Shown here: positions 32,451-42,304 of the stretch, piece by piece
Position numbering within the stretch: the first letter of the stretch is position 1
Layout: every line of letters starts with the position of its first letter
Source of the DNA: Macrostomum lignano
Lineage: Eukaryota
DNA length: 64,000 bases
Direction of reading: 5' to 3'
Assembly: GCA_002269645.1 (NCBI GenBank)
Contig: NIVC01002540.1
Coordinates: 1 to 64,000, forward strand
Position numbers and translations under genes: made by a program
The notes under the pieces: generated by a model
Databases searched by the model: none
What the model was told of the DNA's origin: nothing
Seen by the model: only the letters and a program-made list of their open reading frames with translations

Positions 32451-34471
32451 GAAAAGCAGATATCGACTTGAAAATTGCTAATAAACATCTGACGGTCCCG
32501 ACGTACATCATCGACAAACTACCAAACCAAGACGTCATTGTTGGAATCGACACGTTCAAGCAGCTTCGACTACCATTGACCTTCGACTTCAACAAGCAAA
32601 CGTTTAGGATTGACACGGTGGAGCAACCACTGATTAACCAGATTCGAGTACTACCAAAAGTTACCTTACAGCAAGATGTCATCATCCAGCCTGAAAGTGC
32701 ATGCTGGGTCAGAGCGAAAGCGACCAGCGCGGCAGATGAAGCAATGATATTTGATCCACACAGGAGAGTCACGGCAAAACATCAAATCATGATGCCTACG
32801 GCACTAGTGCTGGTGGCGAAAGATAAGCAGCTGCCAGTACAAATCTTCAACCCGAACGCGGAAATGGTTCATCTACGACAAGGAATGTGCATCGGTCATC
32901 TCAACACTCAAGCATCAGTTATGCTGATTGAGCACACGACTCCACGACTAACAGAAGAAGAATTTCAAAAGAAAATCAACTTGGACGACAGCCCGATCAC
33001 GGAACAGCAAAAGAAGAAAGTTCGACAACTGTTGTGGAAGTACAACGAAGCCTTCTGCCATCATGATTACGACATCGGACGCGCTAAAGACATTAAACAA
33101 GAAATCAAGCTTCTACCGCACACTGAACCAATTCAGTGCAAGCCGTACCCGATTGCCAAGCATCTGCAACAACACTTTGACGAAATTATTGATAAAATGC
33201 TAAAGCACGGCATCATCAGCAAAGCAATTTCAGCCTATTCCTCACCGTGCCTACTGGTACAAAAGAAAGAGACTAACGAGAGACGACTTGTATGCGACTT
33301 CAGACTGCTGAACAAGTACATACCGACGGATCAGCAAAGCCTACCAAAGATCTCCGAGCTACTAGCAAAGCTCAACACAGCAAAATTGTTCACGGTGTTC
33401 GACCTACGTCATGGATTTTGGCAAATTGAAATCGAGAAAGAATCACGACAGTACACGGCTTTTAAGACCTACAATGGACAAGTCTACGAGTACAACCGAT
33501 CGCCAATGGGACTCAGCAACAGCCCAGCAACAATGAGCCGACTAACGGCATACATGCTTGCAGGATGCACAAACCTGCTGCACTATGTCGACGACATCTT
33601 GGCCTACGGAGAAGACTTCCAACGACTCTATGAAGCTACGGAGAAGGCCCTAGCGCTCATTCAACGCCAAGGTCTTAAGCTACAACCGACGAAATGCAAA
33701 TTCTTCCGAGACAACGTACGTTACCTAGGACACCAAGTGACAGCCAAAGGAATCTCACCGGACCCAGACAATGTGGAGAAAGTAAAAAAGTTTCCTACGC
33801 CAACTAGCATTACGAAGGTCCAATCGTTTCTTGGACTAGCGCAATACTTCCGAAAGTTCTTACCGAACTTCGCGAAGACAGCAAAACCGCTGTACGACCT
33901 GCTCAAATTCGACAAGTGGAAACGAGAGAACTGGACGCAAAAGCAGCAAGAGAGTTTCGACGAAATCAAACGACAACTGACATCAGACGCACTACTACAG
34001 CATCCGGACTTCGACAAACCCTTCATCATCGAGACAGACGCCTCAGGAACGGGACTCGGAGCCGTCCTACTACAGGAAACCGAGGACAAGAAGGAGCGAC
34101 CTATCGCCTACGTCAGTCGAGCACTCAAGCCAAATGAAACAAAGTGGTCAGCTACGGAACGCGAGCTACTAGGAGTCTTGTTCGCCCTACGACAGTTCCA
34201 TTACTACATCTATGGTTCTCCAATACCGACGATAGTACGCACAGATCACGCACCGCTGACCTACGTCGTAACTACAAAAGGACAAACAAATAACCGACTC
34301 ATCAGGATGACACTCAAGATCCAGGACTACAACTACAAGCTCGTCTACAAACCAGGAATTACTAACAAGGCGCGGACGCTCTGTCAAGAGCCTACGAAGT
34401 CAACGCCATTCATCCAATCCCTAACATCAAGGAATTGGTGGATGAGACTGAACACGACAACTTCTACATAG
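32318..34471 (+). CDS. Pol part 1: protease C-half, dUTPase-like spacer, reverse transcriptase, RNase H (true reading starts ~32448 via a -1 shift)
   Basis: DVIVGIDTF (protease end); YSSPCLLVQKK...RRLVCDFRLLN; FTVFDLRHGFWQI; YNRSPMGLSNSPATM; YVDD at 33584-33595; RNase H IETDASGTGLGAVL, WSATERELLG, RTDHAPL. Confidence 0.95.
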   Translation: MSSTTGFRQLYHRHLATIMQQATTRGTTSSNRSCRSRRTFTQYLGKADIDLKIANKHLTVPTYIIDKLPNQDVIVGIDTFKQLRLPLTFDFNKQTFRIDTVEQPLINQIRVLPKVTLQQDVIIQPESACWVRAKATSAADEAMIFDPHRRVTAKHQIMMPTALVLVAKDKQLPVQIFNPNAEMVHLRQGMCIGHLNTQASVMLIEHTTPRLTEEEFQKKINLDDSPITEQQKKKVRQLLWKYNEAFCHHDYDIGRAKDIKQEIKLLPHTEPIQCKPYPIAKHLQQHFDEIIDKMLKHGIISKAISAYSSPCLLVQKKETNERRLVCDFRLLNKYIPTDQQSLPKISELLAKLNTAKLFTVFDLRHGFWQIEIEKESRQYTAFKTYNGQVYEYNRSPMGLSNSPATMSRLTAYMLAGCTNLLHYVDDILAYGEDFQRLYEATEKALALIQRQGLKLQPTKCKFFRDNVRYLGHQVTAKGISPDPDNVEKVKKFPTPTSITKVQSFLGLAQYFRKFLPNFAKTAKPLYDLLKFDKWKRENWTQKQQESFDEIKRQLTSDALLQHPDFDKPFIIETDASGTGLGAVLLQETEDKKERPIAYVSRALKPNETKWSATERELLGVLFALRQFHYYIYGSPIPTIVRTDHAPLTYVVTTKGQTNNRLIRMTLKIQDYNYKLVYKPGITNKARTLCQEPTKSTPFIQSLTSRNWWMRLNTTTST

Positions 34472-35796
34472 CAGTTAAAAACAACGACAAGGACATCAAG
34501 CTCAGCCCCGTGGAACGAAAATTCCTGCGCAAGCAGCGACAACATTTAACAATCAACAAGTCACGACTCTACTGGATGAGTGACAACAAACCTAAAATCT
34601 ACATGCCATATTCGTTTAGGCAGGCCATTCTCAACGAGCTGCACGACAACCCACTCGCTGGACACCTGTCGGCAGCCAAAACCATTGCAAGAGTGGAGCA
34701 ATACTACTTTTGGCCAAGCATGCATGGCGACATCAAGCAGTATTGCAACAACTGCCACTCATGCGCAGCATCGAAGACAGGACGACGACAGAAACCACAG
34801 CTACAATCGATACCGAAGTCAACAACTATGGACTGTCTCAGCATCGACATCACCGGACCGCTGCCACCGAGCTGTCTCCATGGCATAGCCTACACCTACA
34901 TCCTAACAGCCTTGGACATTTTCTCAAAGTTTGCTATTGCCATACCAATACCGGACATCACAGCTCAGACAGTGGCAATGGGTTTCTTCAACGACATCAT
35001 CTGCAAGTACGGTACGCCAAAGAACCTCACATCGGACAATGGATCGCAGTTTACGTCTCAACTCTTTCAGCAAGTGGTGAAGATCCTCAACATCACGCAG
35101 ATCTACACATCGACCTACAATCCGAAGGCGAACATGGTTGAAAGGTTTCACCGCAACCTACACGAGATGATTACACACTTCGCGCATCAACAACCGGACG
35201 ACTGGATCATCTATCTGCAAGCAGTAACAATGGCCTACAACAGCGCTATTCATCGATCAACGGATAATACGCCATTCTTTCTAATGTTTGGGCGAGACTT
35301 CCAGCCGCCAAACCTATTGGCACAGCAACTACTACCATCGCAATATGTGGAAGTCCCGACGTCCATTCAAAAGTTCGTCACGCAACTACACCTCGCATGG
35401 AAAGTAGCCAAGCACAACATCGACAATCAGGTGGCTCTAACCACCGGCACCGACACGAGATCGACAACTCTGACAGCCGGCGACATCGTCTACCTGCACT
35501 ATCCGCCGCAACAGACGCACAAACACGCACAGAAGTACAAAGGACCATATCGAGTGGTCCAACTAACGTCACCGACAACGGCACGCCTGGCCAATGTGCA
35601 AGATCCTCATCAGCACCAATTCTACGTGCACATTCATCGACTAAAGAAGATCAACACTGACACGACAACGTTTTTACCGTCACTAGACAACGCTGATCGC
35701 ACGCGTTCGGCGAACCGCCACATCGCAACAAAACACGAGGAGACACAAACATCAACCGAGAAACAGCAACATGGCTACAATCTGCGACCTCGTTAA
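34373..35796 (+). CDS. Pol part 2: integrase (continues from RNase H via a -1 shift at ~34370)
   Basis: The frame opens with ADALSRAY (end of RNase H). HHCC LHDNPLAGH...CNNCHSC; DDE SIDITG / SDNGSQF / MVERF; KYKGPYRV (GPY/F module); ends GYNLRPR*. Confidence 0.95.
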
Positions 35797-35907
35797 GTTG
35801 CGAAAATAACCCGTGTAGAGACCGGGTCAGAATAGCTCTACAGCTTCGCAAGCTTGTCGTAAGAGGCGACTAATCTGAGCGACTTCAAACTTCAAGCGAC
35901 GACGACA

Positions 35908-36120
35908 ATGGGCAACGCACTGTCCAAACAGGCGCCCCAACTACAGCAACTCTACGAATGCCCAATATGTTTAACTGACGACTTGGCTGTCAAGCCACCA
36001 ATTATTTGTGAAAACAGACATCGCATATGCGGACAATATTTAGGCGACTCACATTATATTCAGCTCTGGCAGAATTGCCCGATAGGTAGAAGAAGTTTGC
36101 GGCAGTGCGCCTATCGTTAG
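35908..36120 (+). CDS. Small accessory ORF: N-myristoylation motif plus degenerate RING finger (70 aa)
   Basis: Strong Kozak ACAATGG; MGNALS fits MGxxxS; CPIC-x12-C-x3-H-x2-C-x2-[Y]-x12-C-x2-[G]R follows C3HC4 RING spacing with two ligands replaced. Confidence 0.65.
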   Translation: MGNALSKQAPQLQQLYECPICLTDDLAVKPPIICENRHRICGQYLGDSHYIQLWQNCPIGRRSLRQCAYR

Positions 36121-36338
36121 TCTTGGCGCACATGTCAATACTGTAACCAAAAACATTTTATTTGCATGAGTATACTTACCTTTAAATAACTTTTATAACC
36201 AACGCTCTTAACTACCCATTACTAAATACCTGTAACACTTGTGACAAAAGATTTTTATAAAGACATGCTCGAACTTTTTACGCGTTTCAATCCTCTATTT
36301 AAAACTCGGGACGAGTTTTTTGTAAACATGGGAGATTT

Positions 36339-37395
36339 TGTAGAGTGTTCTACCTCCCGTAAGAAGACATAAAAGTGTTAATGTACTACTCATACATTTT
36401 ATTCAGTAGTAAGTTGAAGAGCATGAATAAAGGTATGCTTTGAATTATAAGTTTATTCTGACTAACCAATAGGAAGAGAGAGACCTTGTGCATGTTAAAT
36501 TTAGAAATCACCCAATCACGTGTAACCTGTACTTGTCAAACGCAAACCCCAGGAAAGATGCATCATTCAACTGTACGCACGTGACCCAATCAAATGTAAC
36601 TAAAAATAACTCGAATGCGATGACCAATCACGCGCTTTTACACTGAACCAATGGAATGACTTTCTACCCTGCCAAGTTTGACAGCAACCAAACCGTGACC
36701 TTTTTGACAGCTGAAGAGTTGGACTCACGTGACCTCATGGGGGTCCAATTGCCTATAAATACAAGTGGTCCGGAACGGACCCGGAGCCAAAAAAATCTCC
36801 AAGAGAGAGAAGCTCCGAAGAGGAAGCTCTAGTGAAGCCTTCCTGAAGAAACTCGCGTCGTGGACGAGTTCTTGCGGTAAGCCTTACTCATTTGCGCCCG
36901 TTGGTTGAGACGTCTCGCTCAAGTCTATTGAGACTTGAGTTTATTTGAGTCTGTTGAGACTCCTGAGTCTGTTTAGACTCTACTGGTTGCAGTCTCCAGA
37001 AGGACTGCCCCTGATAGATCTTAGAAGACTATCAGTGGTTTCCGGAGCTATACCTAGAGTGCATAGAGGCACTGCTAGAAGGAGTAGGCTTATATTAAAC
37101 CGCAGATTGGCGCAGGGTACCCATTGTTAATTTGGAAGCTTCCCATTGGTCCGCACTACAGATACCGGCCGGAAATACTTCGAAGGGAGAGAAAAGGAAA
37201 CTCGGACCCAATCGACATCTGAAGACGTCTAAAAGTCTAAGAGATCTACAGAACCGAACGACTCAAGAACGATATCAAGGAATCCGGATCAAGGTAATTG
37301 AATACCTTCATTTGATTACTGGGTTGCCTAGCTACAGAGCTAGAAGTGATTGTTCCTTGATTACAGTTGAGGACTGGTAATAAGGAACGCCATCA
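36339..37395 (+). repeat. 3' LTR
   Basis: Preceded by a short purine tract ATGGGAGA; same sequence as the 5' LTR at offset 9874; followed by TSD TTAG. Confidence 0.96.
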
Positions 37396-37418
37396 TTAGG
37401 AGCAATGTACCTGTTTTA

Positions 37419-39082
37419 GGCTTAACAGTCGGATGACGAAGCTATTTTTCCATTGCACGGATGCCGATGGGGGGGGGGTATTTCAAATACCCAAAAAGTT
37501 ATCCACGCCATAACTCTTGAACCCGACCATGGATTCGTCTGAAAATTCACAGTACGGGCTAAAATTTATCGAGTAATCTGATGAAGCCATCGCCGACTCT
37601 CTCCGACATCGAGATCGTCGAGATATTCAGCGATTCTCAAGGAGGTCCCCCTGTTTTTGAAGGCAAACCGTCGAATTCAGTGGCTAGGTCTTGACACCAG
37701 GCAGTAAGGTGCACAAAATGATCCCAAACCTCATTTCAGCCATTGGTGAGGTAACCCAGAACACTTGTAGTGCGCTACAACAATGCCCCGTGGCCACCGT
37801 CGACCATCGTCAGGACATTCAACGAGCACATTCTGACATCATCGGAATTTGAGATCCGAAACAAATTTCGGTCAAATATTTATTATGAAATTTTGTCAAT
37901 GAGCAACCTACGAACCACTGCAGTCACGCCTAGTTATTTTGCGCCGTTTCGCTTATCGATCGTTAGGAAAAATGTCCAAGGATCAATTTGAAAAAAAACA
38001 GAATCGCACGAAGTTTTTATTTGTTCATAAACGCAGCAATTTTCTTTTTTTAGCACACAGAAAGTGCTTGTGAATTGTTCTTAAAACTGGCGCAACAGAG
38101 TAAAGTCGCTATGGAACGGTGTCATTGAATAAACAGTCTAATAAACATGGAATAAACAGTTGTAAAGGAATAAACAGTCTGCAATGATCTGCAATAAACA
38201 GCATGCAATGGACGCATGAACCAAAATTGTACACAGCAAGGCCTCCACTTTTTTCATTCACCGCCATGTCTTGTCCCACCTGTCTTGTTCCACGTAAACT
38301 TTTAGTGTCACTTTCTCTTACTCACTCAGACTTTTACACTAAAAGATGTACCCAGTTTTGTCCAAATTAACGAAAAAAATCGGTTTAGCTGAATCGAAAT
38401 GCAGAATCTATATGGACTAATAACTAGGCGTGACTGCAGTGGTTCGTAGGTTGCTCATTAGTTAGTTGCGCGCTTAGATTGCTAGGGTGCTCATTGGTGA
38501 GGCTTGATCAAGAATTTCTAGCCAAAGTATATGCTAGACTGTCAGAAGTCGGATGGACACATCCGTTGAAGGTCCCGACGGTCGTCCAGACGGTCGGGAT
38601 GGTGCAGGAAGTATAGTGACTGCAGTGGTTCGTAGGCTGCTCATTGACAAAATTTCATAATAAATATTTGACCGAAATTTGTTTCGGATCTCAAATTCCG
38701 ATGATGTCAGAATGTGCTCGTTGAATGTCCTGACGATGGTCGACGGTGGCCACGGGGCATTGTTGTAGCGCACTACAAGTGTTCTGGGTTACCTCACCAA
38801 TGGCTGAAATGAGGTTTGGGATCATTTTGTGTACCTTACTGCCTGGTGTCAAGACCTAGCCACTGAATTCGACGGTTTGCCTTCAAAAACAGGGGGACCT
38901 CCTTGAGAATCGCTGAATATCTCGACGATCTCGATGTCGGAGAGAGTCGGCGATGGCTTCATCAGATTACTCGATAAATTTTAGCCCGTACTGTGAATTT
39001 TCAGACGAATCCATGGTCGGGTTCAAGAGTTATGGCGTGGATAACTTTTTGGGTATTTGAAATACCCCCCCATCGGCATCCG
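37419..39082. mobile_element. Foldback/MULE-like non-autonomous DNA element with ~470-bp inverted arms
   Basis: 37458-37927 is the near-perfect reverse complement of 38616-39082. A 9-bp direct repeat CCTGTTTTA lies at 37410-37418 and 39083-39091. No transposase ORF inside. Confidence 0.75.
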
Positions 39083-40125
39083 CCTGTTTTAAGAATCCTA
39101 AACTAATGACAATTCTCAAGATGGATTAACGATGATATCTGATACTAAGTGACAAACTTTTAACTGAGTAACGAATCTCTTTTGAGTTCTGAAATCCCCA
39201 TCTCAGAATCCGAAATATCATCTCCAAATCCGAAATCCCAATCTCAAGTTCCGAAATCCAAATATTTTAAGTTTCAAAATCCTAAAATCTTAAGTTCCAA
39301 GATCCCAATCACAAAAATCGAAATCCCAATCTCTGGCTTTGAAATCCCAATCTTAGGACATATGTAGCCACCAAGGCTTGACAATTTTAATTTATTGCAT
39401 GTGGCGGCCAGACTACGCGACCGGCAGCACCAGTGCAGACGCACTGGAAACCCCCCCCCGCCTCTGTCTAGCTGAGGTGGGGTGGGTGCGCGCCAAGCTA
39501 GCCGGCTCGCTAAGCCAGGGGGGTTGGCGTAGCCAATCACGCCACGCCACATGTGCGCACCTCCCTCGGCCCCTCAATAATCTCGCGCTGTTTTCACTTG
39601 TATAAATATACGCGCAATGCAGTGCAACATCTTCGCTGCCATTCCATCTATTGAAACAAAAAAAAGGCCTTCCGCCTCATGCAGAAAAATTATTTTTTGG
39701 ATTCTAATAAATGAGACGGTTTATGTAATAACGAAGTAATAAAACTCTAAGCATTGCTAAAAAGTGACAAATTTTGATTATTAAAGTACACCACAAGGCA
39801 AGCAAGCGGTACAATAGTTACGCATGTACATGTACCAGTACAGCAGACTTACAGTTCGACATGCCAATCTGAATCAGCGCACGTGAAATTGGGGCAGAAA
39901 ATGCAAGCAGAAAAAAATAATATACTCGTATACAGCTTCAATATTTACAGGCTTCATTGCTTGTTGAGTTGCGGCACGAATACACGCGACCGAACTACTA
40001 TTAGTAGTATTGTAGCGAGTTTCATTTCACTCCAGTTTATCTACAGTCTATGAAACGAGCTCTAGAGAATTAATTATCCGCGCGTGTCGACAGCTGTTGA
40101 CATCTGCGATTTGAAAGTCCAGGGT

Positions 40126-41585
40126 TCAGACAGTGGTCAGTTCAACAGTGTCGCTGCTGACGGCGGCGGTTGTGGCGGCAGCGGTGGCGGTGCCAGCGTC
40201 GTTGCTCTGCTGTCGGTGTCGTCGGCGCTTGTGCCGGTCGGCAACAGGCGCCGGGCGCCGGCACGCCTGCCAGGCGTCGGACTGGCCAGCCGCAACCAGC
40301 AGGCGGCGCAGTTCGCCAACTGTGGCGGCGGCGGCGGCGGCGGCGGCGGATTCGGAGTAGCGACGCAGGAGGAGGCCGGCGGGGCTGGTGGAGTCAGCTC
40401 GGGCGCGGGACTCCAGCTCGGAGACGGCGTCAGCGTTGTTGCCTGAAGAGAGGTGGGTAGCGATGTATTTTATCGCGCTAGTGGGCAAACTACTCTACTG
40501 ATAGTAGGAAGGGCCGCAAATGCAATTATGATGCTTCCGATAGCATAGATAAACTGAGCTGCAGTCCCTGCACTGCCCTGAGCTGCAGTCCCTGCACTGC
40601 CTGAGCTGCAGTCCCTGCACTGCCTGAGCTGCAGTCCCTGCACTGCCTGAGCTGCAGTCCCTGCACTGCCCTGAGCAGCAGTCCCTGCACTGCCCTGAGC
40701 TGCAGTCCCTGCACTGCCCTGAGCTGCAGTCCCTGCACTGCCTGAGCTGCAGTCCCTGCACTGCCCTGAGCTGCAGTCCCTGCACTGCCCTGAGCTGCAG
40801 TCCCTGCACTGCCTGAGCTGCAGTCCCTGCACTGCCCTGAGCTGCAGTCCCTGCACTGCCCTGAGCTGCAGTCCCTGCACTGCCTGAGCTGCAGTCCCTG
40901 CACTGCCTGAGCTGCAGTCCCTGCACTGCCTGAGCTGCAGTCCCTGCACTGCCCTGAGCTGCAGTCCCTGCACTGCCTGAGCTGCAGTCCCTGCACTGCC
41001 CTGAGCTGCAGTCCCTGCACTGCCTGAGCTGCAGTCCCTGCACTGCCCTGAGCTGCAGTCCCTGCACTGCCCTGAGCTGCAGTCCCTGCACTGCCTGAGC
41101 TGCAATCCCTGCACTGCCTGAGCTGCAGTCCCTGTACTGCCCTGAGCTGCAGTCCCAAGGACCGCCAGACTCACCCATCTCAGCAGCCAGAGCTTTCCAA
41201 CCATCTCGACAGTCCAGCGCCAGCTCCAGACGCCTCAGTCGCGAGTCGGGCAAGTCAGCCAGCGGCAGCGCATCGTCTGGAAAGTCGTCTTCGGCTTCGA
41301 AGTCGGGCACAGCAGCCTCGGTCAGCGGAGCGGTGACGTCGGCTGTGTGCGACGAGTGCAACGGCGGCTGCAGCTTCGAGTCGCGGCCGCGGCTGCGCGC
41401 GTGCTTGAGCACAACCCAGAGCACCAGGCCGCAGATGAGGGCGCCAAGGAGGCCGCAGTACAGAGGGATCAGGTTGCTGGCGCCCGCGTTGGGCGCTCTG
41501 GACGGAAGAGGCTGCGCCAGCGGCTCTGTGTGATGGGGAACGGGGAGGGAACTGGCGTTGATAGATGCTGTCTCATTGGGGAGAT
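40126..41585 (-). CDS. NGFR: p75NTR/NGFR-like TNF-receptor-family protein: stalk, TM and death domain (last two exons 41175-41585 and 40126-~40490; upstream exons not located)
   Basis: TM segment NLIPLYCGLLGALICGLVLWVVLK closely resembles p75NTR NLIPVYCSILAAVVVGLVAYIAFK, including the TM cysteine. Death-domain helices RLRRLELALDCRDGWKALAAEMG / PAGLLLRRYS...ATVGELRRLLVAAGQSDA. Confidence 0.72.
40554..41156. repeat. 23/24-bp tandem repeat in the p75-like intron
   Basis: Unit CTGAGCTGCAGTCCCTGCACTGC(C), ~26 copies. Confidence 0.95.
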
Positions 41586-42304
41586 CTGGGAGAGTGGTTG
41601 GGGAAAGAAAAAGAAAAATTAGGCCAAAATCCACGCCTTATGAAAGCCAACCCCTAAACTGATTGACTGATTACAAGACTGATTACAAAGGCTTACAGAT
41701 TACAGTTCTCTGTACAGTGTATAGTTTACAAAGTTGTCAAATGCACTCAGTGTCTGAGTTTTATTAACTGCCGATTCCACAGCCCTCAGGTCTTAGCGAC
41801 AGAGCGTCAACCTGGAGGAAAAAATGGACAGTTCAGAACACCTAGCAAAACAAGCATGGAGTTATCTAACTCATATTTCATAATCAACGGTTTCGATGAC
41901 AGCACAGAATTCACGTAGAAGATTGAAAGCAACCCAAACAGACGGAACCCAGGCTCCTTATCGCGCCTCATCAATCAGTAGCTACCGGAGCGGCCCCCCG
42001 GGATTCTCGGTGGGACAACAAATCGCTGCCTGTTACGCAATCGCATCGCGACTGACTCGGATGAACGCGAAACACCAGGCGCAGACAGTCGCAATATACA
42101 GTATAGAAGTCAGCCACGAGTATACAAGCTACAGATAAGGAATCTGTTTGACTATCTCTTAGGACAAGAAAACAATTCACTTCAAGGAACAACCAACTCT
42201 TAGCCAAACCCACACTACATACACAATGAGGCCGACTGCAGGTTTTCAGTTTCAGATTGGGGAGTTTTTCTGCATCATTTTTTGCATTTTTAGAATAGCT
42301 AGCT

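Larger units (their letters stand above)
26465..37395 (+). mobile_element. Full-length env-bearing Ty3/Gypsy LTR retroelement (10,931 bp), gag-env-pro-RT-RH-IN order plus a 3' RING ORF
   Basis: TG...CA LTRs of 1057 bp at both ends; 4-bp TSD TTAG (26461-26464 and 37396-37399); PBS and PPT present; RT-RH-IN order is the Ty3/Gypsy order. Confidence 0.96.

Noticed and set aside
32440-32455. Programmed gag-pol frameshift or stop readthrough at the TAG ending the 1384-aa ORF
   Set aside because: It falls in the middle of the protease domain, there is no slippery heptamer, and readthrough would not reach the pol frame. A 1-bp deletion is more parsimonious (kept as a caveat in findings).
37770-38773. 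Mirror-image ORFs MRYNNAPWPP... as a gene pair or transposase
   Set aside because: They are the two arms of the inverted repeat; GTG starts and no transposase motifs.
40470-41204. Cys-rich (QCRDCSSG)n ORF as the TNFR cysteine-rich domain of the p75-like gene
   Set aside because: It derives from a 23/24-bp intronic repeat lying C-terminal to the TM, between the two death-domain exons.
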